A DNA stretch of 59,992 bases, the filler included. It is 9 parts of 9 records of this genome, joined end to end, with 100 filler letters (N's around TTAATTAATTAA, not from the genome) between each part and the next. Parts side by side here need not be neighbours in the genome. Positions count along the whole stretch, not along the records: positions 29,392 to 34,478 come from SRR31147125_82742; positions 34,579 to 40,153 come from SRR31147125_82840; positions 40,254 to 46,943 come from SRR31147125_82898; 6 more parts are not named here. One strand, 5' to 3'. The position numbers and the translations under genes were made by a program. The notes under the pieces are model-generated. The model did no database searches. It was given only the letters and a program-made list of their open reading frames with translations, and was not told the origin of the DNA. Positions 29,603 through 40,333 of the stretch are shown one piece after another. How positions within the stretch are numbered: the first letter of the stretch is position 1; every line of letters begins with the position of its first letter.

Positions 29603-31336
29603 ATGAATTCCATGAATCATATAAAAATTATACAACATATATTCCGCATAATACTGATACTGGCATCTTGTGGGTGTTTGAGTGCTTTTAACGACTATAA
29701 AAGTGAAGTACAGAATTTAAAATTACTTGAAAGAGAGATAAAAGAGCGGGAGGAGATCGATGCATACACTGAAGAGATTGCCAGTGGGGCTGATCTAGCT
29801 CGTATAAGTAGTGTAGGGGAAAATAGTAATACTACAAGTCGTAGTGGTATAGAAATTAGTGTTATTAAAATTGTCTTTACTGATTCTGTAGTTTTGAGTA
29901 AGGAAGAACTACAGAATGTGTCTTCTGAGTATACTGGCAGAACTGTTGCACTTGAAGAATTATATGAATTATGCGATAAGATTAATCTGCTCTATCAGAA
30001 GCATAACGTATTGAATGCTCAAGCACAGCTCTTACCTCAGGAGGTCACAGACGGAATTATTGAAATAACCCTTACCGAAGGAAAGCTGGGTAAGGTTAAT
30101 CTGACGACTCAGCGATTTACCCGTTCCAGTATGATTTTAGGCGCTATACCAGAGTTACAGAATTCAGGTTCATATCTTGACTTGAATCAACTTGAAGATG
30201 AAATTATTGTCTATAATAAGCTTTATAATAATGATCTAAGTATAAGTATCAAACCAGGAGTGGAATCCGGCACGACTGATGTTGAGGTAAGTTCTCCTGA
30301 TGAGAATGGTTTCTTTGATCACTTTGATGTCTACGCTTTTGCAGATAATGGAGGGCAGTATACAACTGGTGAGTACCGTTCGGGATTGGGGTTTACTGTT
30401 GATAGTCTGTTCGGGCGCAGAGATCAGTTGCAGGTTACCGGAATTCTTACTGAAGGAAGCAAGGCTATTATGGGGTTATACGATATACCCTTATGGGAGA
30501 CTAAGACTTCATTTGGAGTATCAGGGGCTTATAGCGAATCTGAAGTAGTCAATGGAGCATATAAAGATCTGAATATATCAGGTTCCTCATATTACTTTGG
30601 AGGCCATGTGACTCAGGAGATATTTGTTAACAGAAGACACCGTTTGAACACTACACTAAGTTTAAATTACAAAAACACCAGAAGCTTTGTTATTGGTTTT
30701 GATCTTGCTAATTCTAATGCGATCATGGGTGACCTGGGGATGAGCTATGAACTGATTGACAGGCTGGGTGTGACCAGTGCAAATGTGGCAGTGCATGCAG
30801 GGAGAAATAATGATCTTTATCTTGAGAATATCACTTCTCCTGTATATTTTACTGCCGGGCTAAACAGACTATTTTTCATTTATAAAAACAGAATTTTCAT
30901 GAATGCCAGAATTAACGGGCAGATTGCAACAGACACTCTTCCGGCTACGGAGCAGTATCAGTTGGGCGGCATGTCTACAGTGAGAGGTTTTCCGGAACTG
31001 GCGGTACTTGGAGATCAGGGATATTCAACCAGCCTAGAGCTTCATGTTCCAATATTTTTTATGTTTAAACACCTTAATAATGAAAAATTTAATAAGACAA
31101 CACTAGATCAGTATAGTCGGTTATTTGCCTTTGTTGATAATGGTGGGGTCTACCTGAAAGATAATGATGACCTCTATTATTCAAACAATCTGACAAGTGT
31201 GGGTATTGGTGCAAATATACAGACCAAGAAATTAATAAATATGCGAATGAGTCTTGGTTTTCCTTTGGGTGAATATCATGGTATAGAACACATGAGTGAC
31301 TATCGATTTAACTTCACTGCTATGATTAAATTTTAA
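29603..31336 (+). CDS. TpsB (ShlB/FhaC/HecB) two-partner secretion transporter
   Basis: POTRA-like LLPQEVTDGIIEI, DNGGQYTTGEYR, loop-6 motif GGMSTVRGF, terminal Phe. Confidence 0.93.
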   Translation: MNSMNHIKIIQHIFRIILILASCGCLSAFNDYKSEVQNLKLLEREIKEREEIDAYTEEIASGADLARISSVGENSNTTSRSGIEISVIKIVFTDSVVLSKEELQNVSSEYTGRTVALEELYELCDKINLLYQKHNVLNAQAQLLPQEVTDGIIEITLTEGKLGKVNLTTQRFTRSSMILGAIPELQNSGSYLDLNQLEDEIIVYNKLYNNDLSISIKPGVESGTTDVEVSSPDENGFFDHFDVYAFADNGGQYTTGEYRSGLGFTVDSLFGRRDQLQVTGILTEGSKAIMGLYDIPLWETKTSFGVSGAYSESEVVNGAYKDLNISGSSYYFGGHVTQEIFVNRRHRLNTTLSLNYKNTRSFVIGFDLANSNAIMGDLGMSYELIDRLGVTSANVAVHAGRNNDLYLENITSPVYFTAGLNRLFFIYKNRIFMNARINGQIATDTLPATEQYQLGGMSTVRGFPELAVLGDQGYSTSLELHVPIFFMFKHLNNEKFNKTTLDQYSRLFAFVDNGGVYLKDNDDLYYSNNLTSVGIGANIQTKKLINMRMSLGFPLGEYHGIEHMSDYRFNFTAMIKF

Positions 31337-31364
31337 CAAGTCCCATTTATAAGGGTGCGCAGGC

Positions 31365-34300
31365 ATGAAAAAATCAGCTAACAGTAATATGCAGAAAAGT
31401 AATAAAAGGTATACGCCTCCACACTTTATTGTGTTGCGACTTTTGCTTGTCGGGATATTGACATTCTTTACCCCACTTGTCAATGCCTATAGTGCTGATA
31501 TTGTAACTGACGGATCAACTGCAACAACACTTTCAGACATGGGAAATAATACGACGCAGATCACGACCAGTACGACAAATGGGGTAAACGCATACAACTC
31601 CTTTAAAAAATTTAATATTGCTACTGCTGAGACGGTCAATATGATTTTACCGGGAGGGACTGAAAATCTACTTAATTTTGTGCGTGATGAAAAGTCTACA
31701 ATCAATGGTGTGTTAAATTCATTTAAAAATGGCAAAATTGGAGGTAATGTGTTTTTTGCCAATCCTCATGGATTTGTTATTGGTTCAACAGGAGTTATCA
31801 ATGTCGGTTCGCTTAATCTCTCTACTACAAGTTCAGATGCAATTGATAATATTCTAAAAGGGAATGCAGTTGACTTTGTCAAGGCTCAAGCAATCATTGA
31901 TGGTACTGCGCCACTTCAGCCAGGATCAAATATAACCATCGAAGGAAAAATTAATGCTACAGGAGCAGACAGAGATAACGGAAGTATAAAAATCATTTCT
32001 GATGCTATAGAGATTAAGAATGGAGCTCGGGTTGCTGCCGGGCATGGAACAATTGTAGACTCAATAGTAAGTCAGTCACATAGCAGTCTTACTGCAGATA
32101 AAATTGAACGTAAAGATGATGGCAGAATATTTATTGTGGCAACGGGTGGAGATGCCAGGGTTTCAGGAGAGGTGACTACTGCGACTGCTGACACAGACCT
32201 GTATGGGACAGTAAGTATACAGAGTAATGGCGGAAATACCAAGGCTGGCGGAAATACAATTATTGACAATACTGCGGTGATTGATGGAGGCCGTGCTGGC
32301 GAAGTAGAACTCACTGCTTCAAGGGATGTAACTATCAACGGCAGGATAAATGTGGCGACTGCGACTTCGGATACTGCAGGAACTGTAAGAGTAACAGCAC
32401 TCCGGAACTATTTGGGCTCAGCAAAGATTGACGGCAGTCTCTTTCTTGATGCCGGAACAAATGCAAATTTTGATACTGGTACAGTTCTAAATGCCTATGG
32501 CGGAAAAGCCAGCAATTCTGCAGGAAAAATTGTTGCTAAAGCAGGTTATGGTTTTGGAGTAAATGGCGATGTCAGCATGAATGCTGATGCGCCAGACCTA
32601 AACACTGGTAATACTGGGGATGCTGGTGATATTGTTCTGTTGAGTGGAGAGGCGGGACTGAGTACTTCTGCTGACACAAAAATTAGTGCGCAGGGAAAGA
32701 ACGGGCTTGTTAATATTCAGTCAGGTGCTGGTGTTAATATAGATGCTGGGACGACTGTCACTGTTGACACAGCCAAAGGGGAGAGTATGTGCAGCAGAAA
32801 GCAGTTGAGAATATTGAATTTGTTAATCAGACAATAAATACTGCTGGTAAATCCAAAGTGATATTTGCAAGAGATTCTGTCAAACTGACAGGTACTACAG
32901 TTGATACCTCGGCTACTAATAGTAATGCCGGTTCTATTTATATTATTGGTGACAAAATTGAAATTACAGGCTCTACACTGACGACCTCGGCGGGCACTGC
33001 ACATAAAAGCGGTGATATTGCGATTGCGAATATCAATAATTCTAAACAGAATACCATTACTCTCAGCAATACAAATTTGAAAAGTGTAGATACTGACCCA
33101 AGTGCTGCAGCTCTAGGTGGTAACATTTCTATTATTTCAATTGGGATAGAGGATCTTGTACGCACACCAAATATTCAGGTCACAAATGTCTCATCAATGA
33201 TTGATATTTCAGGTGGTTCGATAAGTGGACTCAATGTCGGGATATATTCACTTGCGTCAACATCTGCAGATTTTAAGCTGGATAATCCGGCAGCAGCTAC
33301 CCCTGGATCAAGCAGCTATGAGACCAAGATAACATCTGGTGACCTTGGAGGTGCAGAATTATTTGCCGCTGTAGCAGTTGCGACAGCTAAGGCTAGTATT
33401 AAGTTTGATAAAAATAGTACAACAACTATTGATTCAATAAATAACCTGACAATAAATGCTAATACTGTTGCCGGTGCTAAGAATTTGACAGTCGGGTATC
33501 TTGTCGGGGCGACGGTTGCGAGTGCGACTGCGCAAACCAATGTTGATCTTGCTAATGCTACTCTGAGTGCCGGCAATACCGCCGATATTTCTGCACGAGT
33601 GAATAATCAGGTGCAGGCGATCGGGATGGTTGCTTCCAATACAAAAGCTAAACAGGCTGGTTTTGGAGTAGCTATCGCTAATGGGCATTCTGTAGCTGAT
33701 CTTGTAGCTGATGGTGCAGCAATCACTGCAGCTTTTTCTCAAGTTCAGGCCTCAGTGGAGCAGGTGACTGTTGCTAATATGGAGAACATGCCTCTTGCTG
33801 GAGGTACTGAGACTTCTGCTGCCGGGGCATTGAGTGTAACCAATAGTTATTCGACAGCATCTGTAGACTATAAGGGTAGCATTATCAGCCCATATGGCGT
33901 TGTCATAGGAGCGCAGGCTGTAAACATCCCGCAAATATCTTCAAAATCCTCTGCAGCAAGCAGTGCGATATTTCCAGCAATAGAAGGAACGAAAAAACTA
34001 ATAGATTCTATTCGTGGTAAGACTCCGGAAGTGAGCAGTCAGAAATTTGCTCTGGCTACATCACTGGGGATTGGAACTTCTTACAATAAAGCACTGGTTA
34101 ATGTTCATGACTCAACACTTACTGCGACTTCGGGTGATATAACACAATATGCGGCAGCAGTAATAAACCCGACCGGAGTTGCAACTGGAAGCTCTGGAAG
34201 TGCCAAGTTATCAATTGGTGGAGCGTTGAGTATTCAGAATGCTATCAATATTGCTGAGAATGTTTCGTTGAATAACACTGTAACTGCGGGGGGCGGCTAT

Positions 34301-34478
34301 ACAGTAATGGCAAATGCCAGTTCTGTGCCTGTGAGTACTAAATGGAAGGACTGGGTCAACAACGCATTTGATTCATTTACAAATATTGGTGCTTATGACT
34401 GGGACACTGGCACACAGGTTCTACATAGTGGTGAGAATGCATTGTTGAATATTGTATCTGGGACACTTGATCTTATTG
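31365..34478 (+). CDS. TpsA filamentous exoprotein (LktA/haemagglutinin-like); frameshift at about 32778-32781; 3' partial
   Basis: TPS domain YNSFKKFN...NLLNFV...FFANPHGFVIG...INVGSL; G/A/T/S/N-rich beta-helix-like repeats continue in ORF 32789..34534. Confidence 0.9.
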
Positions 34479-34578
34479 NNNNNNNNNNNNNNNNNNNNNN
34501 NNNNNNNNNNNNNNNNNNNNNNTTAATTAATTAANNNNNNNNNNNNNNNNNNNNNNNNNNNNNNNNNNNNNNNNNNNN
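34479..34578. other. artificial contig spacer
   Basis: N44-TTAATTAATTAA-N44. Confidence 0.99.
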
Positions 34579-34579
34579 C

Positions 34580-34885
34580 GCACGGGATTCCATTGATATC
34601 AGCAAGGAATTCTATATCACTCGCCGGCCGATAGTATCTTCGCTGTTCATGACCCTCGTACTCTTCCCCGTGATCTTCTTCCTGCTGCTGTATTCGCTGT
34701 TCCTCGGTTCGGGATTCTATTTCGCGGGGGGAGTGTACCTCATGTGGTTCCTCCAGAGCGTCGCCCAGTTCATCATCACCATGATCCTCATCAACTTCGC
34801 CCGCAATACCTTCATCCAGGCAGAGGAGACTTCCGGCGTGGCAGGGGATGATATTCCCGGAGAAGCCGTGGAAGTGGGCGACTAG
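34580..34885 (+). CDS. hypothetical membrane protein (5' partial)
   Basis: Frame open from the contig edge; two hydrophobic helices. Confidence 0.6.
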   Translation, partial: ARDSIDISKEFYITRRPIVSSLFMTLVLFPVIFFLLLYSLFLGSGFYFAGGVYLMWFLQSVAQFIITMILINFARNTFIQAEETSGVAGDDIPGEAVEVGD

Positions 34886-34893
34886 AATACCTC

Positions 34894-34922
34894 TTGACTA
34901 TATTTTATATATATAATATTAT
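34894..34922 (+). promoter_or_regulatory. sigma70-like promoter TTGACT-N17-TATTAT
   Basis: AT-rich patch in a GC-rich contig, upstream of GAGGAG RBS and ATG 34998. Confidence 0.55.
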
Positions 34923-34997
34923 TAATATATAGTTATTAAAGCCCCATGTGGGGCGGGAATCGAACGGTCGAATCGCCGGTTCCCAGAGGAGTTCGAA

Positions 34998-37010
34998 ATG
35001 CACAAGATGGTGATAGTAGGCGGAGTCGCCGCCGGAGCCACCGCAGCCGCCCGGGCCCGCCGTATTTCCGGCGACGCCGAGATTACCGTCCTTGAGGCCG
35101 GTCCCGACGTCAGTTTCGCCAACTGCGGTCTTCCCTATTACATCGGCGGCGACATAGACAGCCGTTCCAAGCTCATCCTTCAGAGCCCCGAGAGTTTCAA
35201 GGACCAGTACAACGTCACCGTGAAGACGATGCACGAAGTGGTGTCCGTAGACAAAGACGCCCGGACCATCGAGGTCCTGAACAGGGAATCGGGTGAGGTT
35301 TCGTCCCTTCCCTATGATTCACTCATTCTCGCCCAGGGCGGCAAACCCATCGTCCCACCGCTTCCCGGCGTGGATAACGGCCATGTCTTCTCCCTCTGGA
35401 CCCTGGCCGACATGGACGCCATCCACGACTTCATCGAACAGTCCTCCCCCGAGAATGCTGTGGTAGTCGGCGGAGGATTTATCGGTTTGGAGATGGTGGA
35501 AGCCCTCAGGAAGCGCGGATTGAACGTCACCGTCGTCGAACGCCTGCCCCAGGTGATGCCCAATCTCGAGGCCGAAATCGCCGGCTATCTGACCGCCGAA
35601 CTCGAGTCCTATGGCGTGGATGTACTCACAAATCGCGCCGTTGCCTCCATCGCCGATTCCTCCGTGATTCTTGATAATGGCGACGAAGTGGCTGCCGATA
35701 TGGTTCTGATGTCCGTCGGTGTCCGTCCCACCCTGAAACTGGCCGAAAAGACCGGCCTGGCCCTCGGTGAAGCCGGAGGTCTCCTGGTGGACGAGTTCAT
35801 GCGCACCAGCGATGAGCATATCTGGGCCGCCGGCGACATGGTGGAGATCGAGCACCGCAGCCATGGAAAGAAGGTGCGGATTCCTCTGGCCGGTCCTGCC
35901 AACAGGCAAGGGCGCATCGCCGCCACCAACGCCCTTGGGGTGAAGAAGAGCTACGTCGGATCCCTGGGTACGTCCATCGTGAGGGTGTTTGAAGCCGTAG
36001 CCGGTTCCACTGGCCTGAGCCTCTCCCGAGCACGGGACGCCGGTATCCCCGCCGATGCGGTGGTGATCCACAAGGAACATCACACCTCCTACTACCCCGG
36101 CTCCGAACAGGTAACCGTGATGGTCATCTACAACCGGGAAACCGGTGAAATCCTCGGCGGGCAGACCGCCGGCTACGCCGGTGCCGACCGACGCCTGGAT
36201 GTCCTGGCCACCGCCGCCGCCGGTAAGCTCACCCTTGCCGACCTCGCCGATCTGGACCTGGCATATTCACCGCCGCTGGGCACCGCCAACGATCCGGTGA
36301 ACATGGCCGCCTTCGCCGCCGAGAACCGGATCAGCGGTCACAGTCCCGCCCTCACCGCCGCTGAGCTGGACGAGTGGATCGGCGCGAACAATCCCCGGAT
36401 CATCGACATCCGCGATACCTTCGCCCGGGACAAGGGGCATATCGCCGACTCGGTCCATATTCCCCTTGGCTACCTTGGTGAGAACATGGATTCCCTGGAC
36501 AAAACCCGGCCGGTTCTGATTGTCGGTGAGAACGGCAAGAAAGGACATCAGGCCCTGCGTCGGCTGATGCAGGCCGGTTTCACCCAGGTGGTGAATGCCT
36601 CCGGCGGTTACACGAGCCTGGAGCGTTTCCAGCGCGCCATCGGTTTCGGCAACATGGATGTGGGGCTGTTCGAACTGGAAGAGCAAAGCCTGGATGCTTC
36701 TGTCGAATCCGCGGAAACGGCGACAGCCGACATCGAAGCTGCTCCGGCAGCCGCCGTCGACGGCCCCATCGTGGTGGACGTCCGGACTCCCGGCGAGTAC
36801 ATGTCCGGCGCCTACCCCGACGCCGTGAACATTCCGCTGGACGAACTCGGCGACCGACTGGAGGAGTTCGGCGCCTTCGATAGGGAAATCACCGTCTACT
36901 GCGCCTCCGGTGCGCGTTCCGCCTACGCCCAGCGCATCCTGATGCAGGTCGGCTACACCAATGTGCAGAACGGCGGCGGCGTCATGGATATGATGTACAA
37001 CCGATCCTAG
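34998..37010 (+). CDS. CoA-disulfide/persulfide reductase with two rhodanese domains
   Basis: GGVAAG, SFANCGLPY, GGGFIGLE, LAYSPP; rhodanese 1 (IIDIRD), rhodanese 2 (VDVRTPGEY...VYCASGARS). Confidence 0.92.
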   Translation: MHKMVIVGGVAAGATAAARARRISGDAEITVLEAGPDVSFANCGLPYYIGGDIDSRSKLILQSPESFKDQYNVTVKTMHEVVSVDKDARTIEVLNRESGEVSSLPYDSLILAQGGKPIVPPLPGVDNGHVFSLWTLADMDAIHDFIEQSSPENAVVVGGGFIGLEMVEALRKRGLNVTVVERLPQVMPNLEAEIAGYLTAELESYGVDVLTNRAVASIADSSVILDNGDEVAADMVLMSVGVRPTLKLAEKTGLALGEAGGLLVDEFMRTSDEHIWAAGDMVEIEHRSHGKKVRIPLAGPANRQGRIAATNALGVKKSYVGSLGTSIVRVFEAVAGSTGLSLSRARDAGIPADAVVIHKEHHTSYYPGSEQVTVMVIYNRETGEILGGQTAGYAGADRRLDVLATAAAGKLTLADLADLDLAYSPPLGTANDPVNMAAFAAENRISGHSPALTAAELDEWIGANNPRIIDIRDTFARDKGHIADSVHIPLGYLGENMDSLDKTRPVLIVGENGKKGHQALRRLMQAGFTQVVNASGGYTSLERFQRAIGFGNMDVGLFELEEQSLDASVESAETATADIEAAPAAAVDGPIVVDVRTPGEYMSGAYPDAVNIPLDELGDRLEEFGAFDREITVYCASGARSAYAQRILMQVGYTNVQNGGGVMDMMYNRS

Positions 37011-37033
37011 AGCGACAATCTCGCAGTCGACAC

Positions 37034-37061
37034 AGCCGGTTCCGGGAGGGACCGGCTTTTT
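37034..37061 (+). terminator. intrinsic terminator
   Basis: AGCCGGTTCC-GGGA-GGGACCGGCT followed by TTTT. Confidence 0.7.
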
Positions 37062-37091
37062 AGTGTCCGCAGGACAGTCCGGCGTTCCTGA

Positions 37092-38741
37092 TCAGGAACC
37101 GGTGTCCCTGCTTTCCTCCACCGCCCGGATAATCTCCGGCAGCAGCTGTTTCTTGCGGGAGAGGATTCCCGGAAGGCTCATGATTCCTTTACCGAGTTGT
37201 TCGTAAGGCAGGGCCCCGGCGGCGTTTTCCAATCCGGAGAGGAGCAGAGCGCTGTTGCCGCTGATCACGTCGGTCACCAGCAGCATGGTGCCGTCCAGCT
37301 TCTCCCTCCGCGCTTTCGCTTCCAGCGCCTCCAGGAAGGGCGGGGAGACTTCCATGATGTCTGAGAGAGTCTGGACTTCCACCTGACCGATGCCGAAGTG
37401 CAACCCTTCGGCGTCGTAGGACTTGAAGTCGGCTCCAACCACTTCACCGGCGTCGGCATCGGCGAGTCGGTTGCCGTTGGCGAACATCTCGGCACCCCAT
37501 TCCTTCCAGTCCACGCCGGCATGCCGGGCCAGTCCCTCCACCGTGTTCCGGTCCTCATCGGTAGTGGTGGGGGATTTCAGCAGAACGGTATCGGACAGGA
37601 TGGCTGAGAGCATCAACAACGCGATGTCAGTGGGAATCGCCACCCCATGCTGCCGATACAGCTGCCGGATGATGGTGCAGGTGCATCCCACCGGTCTGGT
37701 ATACAGACTGAAGGGTTCCCGGGACATGACGGCACCGACTCTGTGGTGGTCGATGATTTCGACGATCTCCGCGTCCCTGGCTCCGGGAATGCTCTGGTCC
37801 ACTTCGTTGTGGTCCACCAGGATCAGTTTCTTTCGCGGCTTGTCCAGGAAAGACGCCCGGGACACGATCCCTTCGAACTGCCCGTTATCGAATACCGGCA
37901 GTCCCCGGAGGCCCGAATCGGCCAGCGCTTTCTTGGATTCGTCGAAATCGTCGGTCACATCCAGTCTGGCGATCCCGGCATTGATAATGCCCTCCAGGGG
38001 AGTGGAGAACCGGAGGAGGCGGATCGTCTCGGCAGTGTCGACATCCGAGAGGTACACCGAGCCTTTGTAGAGGGAGAAATCCAGTTCCGCAGCTTCCTCT
38101 TCGGTGGCGCCGGTGAGGATAACCGCCGGAAAATCGTGGGTGATGGCATAATCCACGAGATCGCGCCTGAGGCCGACGATCAGCAGCGGCCTGTTGGTTT
38201 CCAGAGCCGTGATGCGTTCCACCGAACGCTCGAAGGGCATCGCGCCGATCATGATGGGAGCGGTGAATCCTTCGTCGCTGCCCCGGGTGAGCATCCGGCC
38301 GGGCACCACCTTGGAGAGGTTGTCGATACGGAAGCGGTAGGTGGGCCGCACCCCGAAGGTTTCCTGCATGAGGAAATGGCTGACTTCCACACTGCTGATG
38401 GTTCCACGGAAGTCTCCGTCCTGATCGAAGACCGGCAGCAGGCTCAGGGCCGACTCATCCAGGACGCCGATGGCGGTCTGCAGCGGATCGGTGGCTTCCA
38501 GCCGGGGTACATCGTGGTTCACTACGTCGTTGACGGTGGCTTTCACGTCTTTCATGTAGACCGGAGGATCCAGATTCAGTTTGGAGAAGACCGCTCTGGT
38601 CTGGGCATTGAGGTTCCCGCAGCGGACCGGCAGGTAGTCATTTTCAGTGTCCACACGGCTCTTCAGATGGGCATAGACATAGGCGGATGCCACCGAGTCG
38701 AAATCGGGATTGCGGTGGCCGGTGATGATGATCTGGCTCAT
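37092..38741 (-). CDS. ppaC: Mn-dependent family II inorganic pyrophosphatase with CBS/DRTGG insert
   Basis: GHRNPDFDS, LVDHNE, IIDHH, AILSDT, SRKKQLLP; likely start MSQIII. Confidence 0.93.
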   Translation of the reverse strand: MSQIIITGHRNPDFDSVASAYVYAHLKSRVDTENDYLPVRCGNLNAQTRAVFSKLNLDPPVYMKDVKATVNDVVNHDVPRLEATDPLQTAIGVLDESALSLLPVFDQDGDFRGTISSVEVSHFLMQETFGVRPTYRFRIDNLSKVVPGRMLTRGSDEGFTAPIMIGAMPFERSVERITALETNRPLLIVGLRRDLVDYAITHDFPAVILTGATEEEAAELDFSLYKGSVYLSDVDTAETIRLLRFSTPLEGIINAGIARLDVTDDFDESKKALADSGLRGLPVFDNGQFEGIVSRASFLDKPRKKLILVDHNEVDQSIPGARDAEIVEIIDHHRVGAVMSREPFSLYTRPVGCTCTIIRQLYRQHGVAIPTDIALLMLSAILSDTVLLKSPTTTDEDRNTVEGLARHAGVDWKEWGAEMFANGNRLADADAGEVVGADFKSYDAEGLHFGIGQVEVQTLSDIMEVSPPFLEALEAKARREKLDGTMLLVTDVISGNSALLLSGLENAAGALPYEQLGKGIMSLPGILSRKKQLLPEIIRAVEESRDTGS

Positions 38742-38805
38742 GGCCTTGAGTGTAACAGATCGGATGGTATTGTTCCTGCTGTCCCGGGGAAAGCCGGAAA
38801 GGAAT

Positions 38806-40152
38806 CTAGGAAACAATCACTTCGTTCTTCCACATTTCCGGCCCCGGCTTCTCACCTGACAGCAGGCGGTCCTTGAGGGCAATCGTCAGTTCATCGGGTT
38901 CAAGGTCGTAGGATTCCTCCAATCGTTTGGCCAGGTCGTCACAGATCCGGGGTATGCGGTTCCGGCTCCCCAGCAATGCACTGGCAATCATCAGCAGCCT
39001 GATAGCCGGCTCGCAGATAGGATCCTTCTCCAGAAGACGCTTTAGGACGTCCAGGGCCTGGAGGTAGTCGCCGCCGCTGAGGTACAGAATGGCCAGGCGG
39101 AAGAGAACGTTGATGTATTTCTGAACCAGTCCCTGGCGTTCGTCCCTGATGTAGTCCGAATAGAGATCGCCTTCCAGGAAGTCTCCGCCGTAGGTGTCTA
39201 CCGCCTGGGAATACATCTCGATGGCCGGTCCGGTTTCTCCCTGGGCTTCCAGGGCGTCACCGGCCTTCAGGGCCTGGAGGAACCGGTCTATATCGGTGTC
39301 GAGGATACCCTCTTTGAAACTGATGGTTGTAGAGTCGGCTTCGAAGAAATCCCTGTCTTTCCCGAGGACGTTCCGCAGACGGTAGAAAATGGTATTCAGA
39401 TTGTCCCGGGCGTTCTTGGCCGAGTACTTGGGCCAGAAAAGATCGTAGATGAGTTCTTTTCGGACACCGTTTTCGCGGAAGATGATCAGGAGCTTGAGGA
39501 GGTCGGCGACTCGTTTCTTGCTGATCATCCCGCTGACCGGTATTTCATCGCCTCCGGTGAATATGCGGAACGATCCCAGAGTGCGGATTTCCAGTTGAGT
39601 GGACTTCGCCTGGAGCTGGTGGGTCGCCGCCAGAGATTTTATCCGGGGGAAGGTCTCCGCGGGATCCGATCCGAGCATGGTTGCGATTTCCAGCAGCAGT
39701 TCCGGATTGCAGATATCCAGGTTCCGGTACCCGTGCAGTTTCATGATGTTCCGCGTTATCTTCAACGATTCTTTTGCCGTGTCATTCTGGTTCGTCCGAC
39801 GGTACCAGCAGGCCTGAAGGGCATGATAGGTGGCGGCGGGATAGGGATGGTTTTCGGCGTCCACTTCGTCTTCCAGCCTGGTTAGGACATTCGCAATCAG
39901 TTCGCTGTCCCCGAGCCAGATGGCCGTCTCAAGAATGGACAGGAGGCCGAAAGGAAAGTCCGTGGCCAGAAGAATGTCGTTTTCCGGTTCCAGGAGACGT
40001 TTGCAGTAGTAGGAGGCCCGGCGACGGTTCTCGTTCCTGTAGGCCATCAGCATCTGCAGCAGGTAGGCGGTGAAATAGCGCAGGTAGAGGTTGTCTCCAA
40101 CACTCATGTCCCGCACGGACTCGTACAGGGTTTCGGCGTTCTGGAACTTCTG
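38806..40152 (-). CDS. BTAD/SARP-domain transcriptional regulator (5' partial)
   Basis: IRTLGSF, LFWPKY, YGGDFLEGD, LLEKDPICE. Confidence 0.88.
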   Translation of the reverse strand, partial: QKFQNAETLYESVRDMSVGDNLYLRYFTAYLLQMLMAYRNENRRRASYYCKRLLEPENDILLATDFPFGLLSILETAIWLGDSELIANVLTRLEDEVDAENHPYPAATYHALQACWYRRTNQNDTAKESLKITRNIMKLHGYRNLDICNPELLLEIATMLGSDPAETFPRIKSLAATHQLQAKSTQLEIRTLGSFRIFTGGDEIPVSGMISKKRVADLLKLLIIFRENGVRKELIYDLFWPKYSAKNARDNLNTIFYRLRNVLGKDRDFFEADSTTISFKEGILDTDIDRFLQALKAGDALEAQGETGPAIEMYSQAVDTYGGDFLEGDLYSDYIRDERQGLVQKYINVLFRLAILYLSGGDYLQALDVLKRLLEKDPICEPAIRLLMIASALLGSRNRIPRICDDLAKRLEESYDLEPDELTIALKDRLLSGEKPGPEMWKNEVIVS

Positions 40153-40153
40153 C

Positions 40154-40253
40154 NNNNNNNNNNNNNNNNNNNNNNNNNNNNNNNNNNNNNNNNNNNNTTA
40201 ATTAATTAANNNNNNNNNNNNNNNNNNNNNNNNNNNNNNNNNNNNNNNNNNNN
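40154..40253. other. artificial contig spacer
   Basis: N44-TTAATTAATTAA-N44. Confidence 0.99.
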
Positions 40254-40333
40254 GGGGGTACCCTGGTTTTTTATCATGGTTTTTCCTCAACCTTTGACAA
40301 CAACACAGATCTGATCTATAGATCCGCAATATT

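Noticed and set aside
35312-36828. Minus-strand and alternate-frame ORFs, including a 254-aa one
   Set aside because: They overlap the well-supported CoA-disulfide reductase gene.
37647-38876. 409-aa plus-strand ORF
   Set aside because: Antisense shadow of the pyrophosphatase gene in GC-rich DNA; no motifs.
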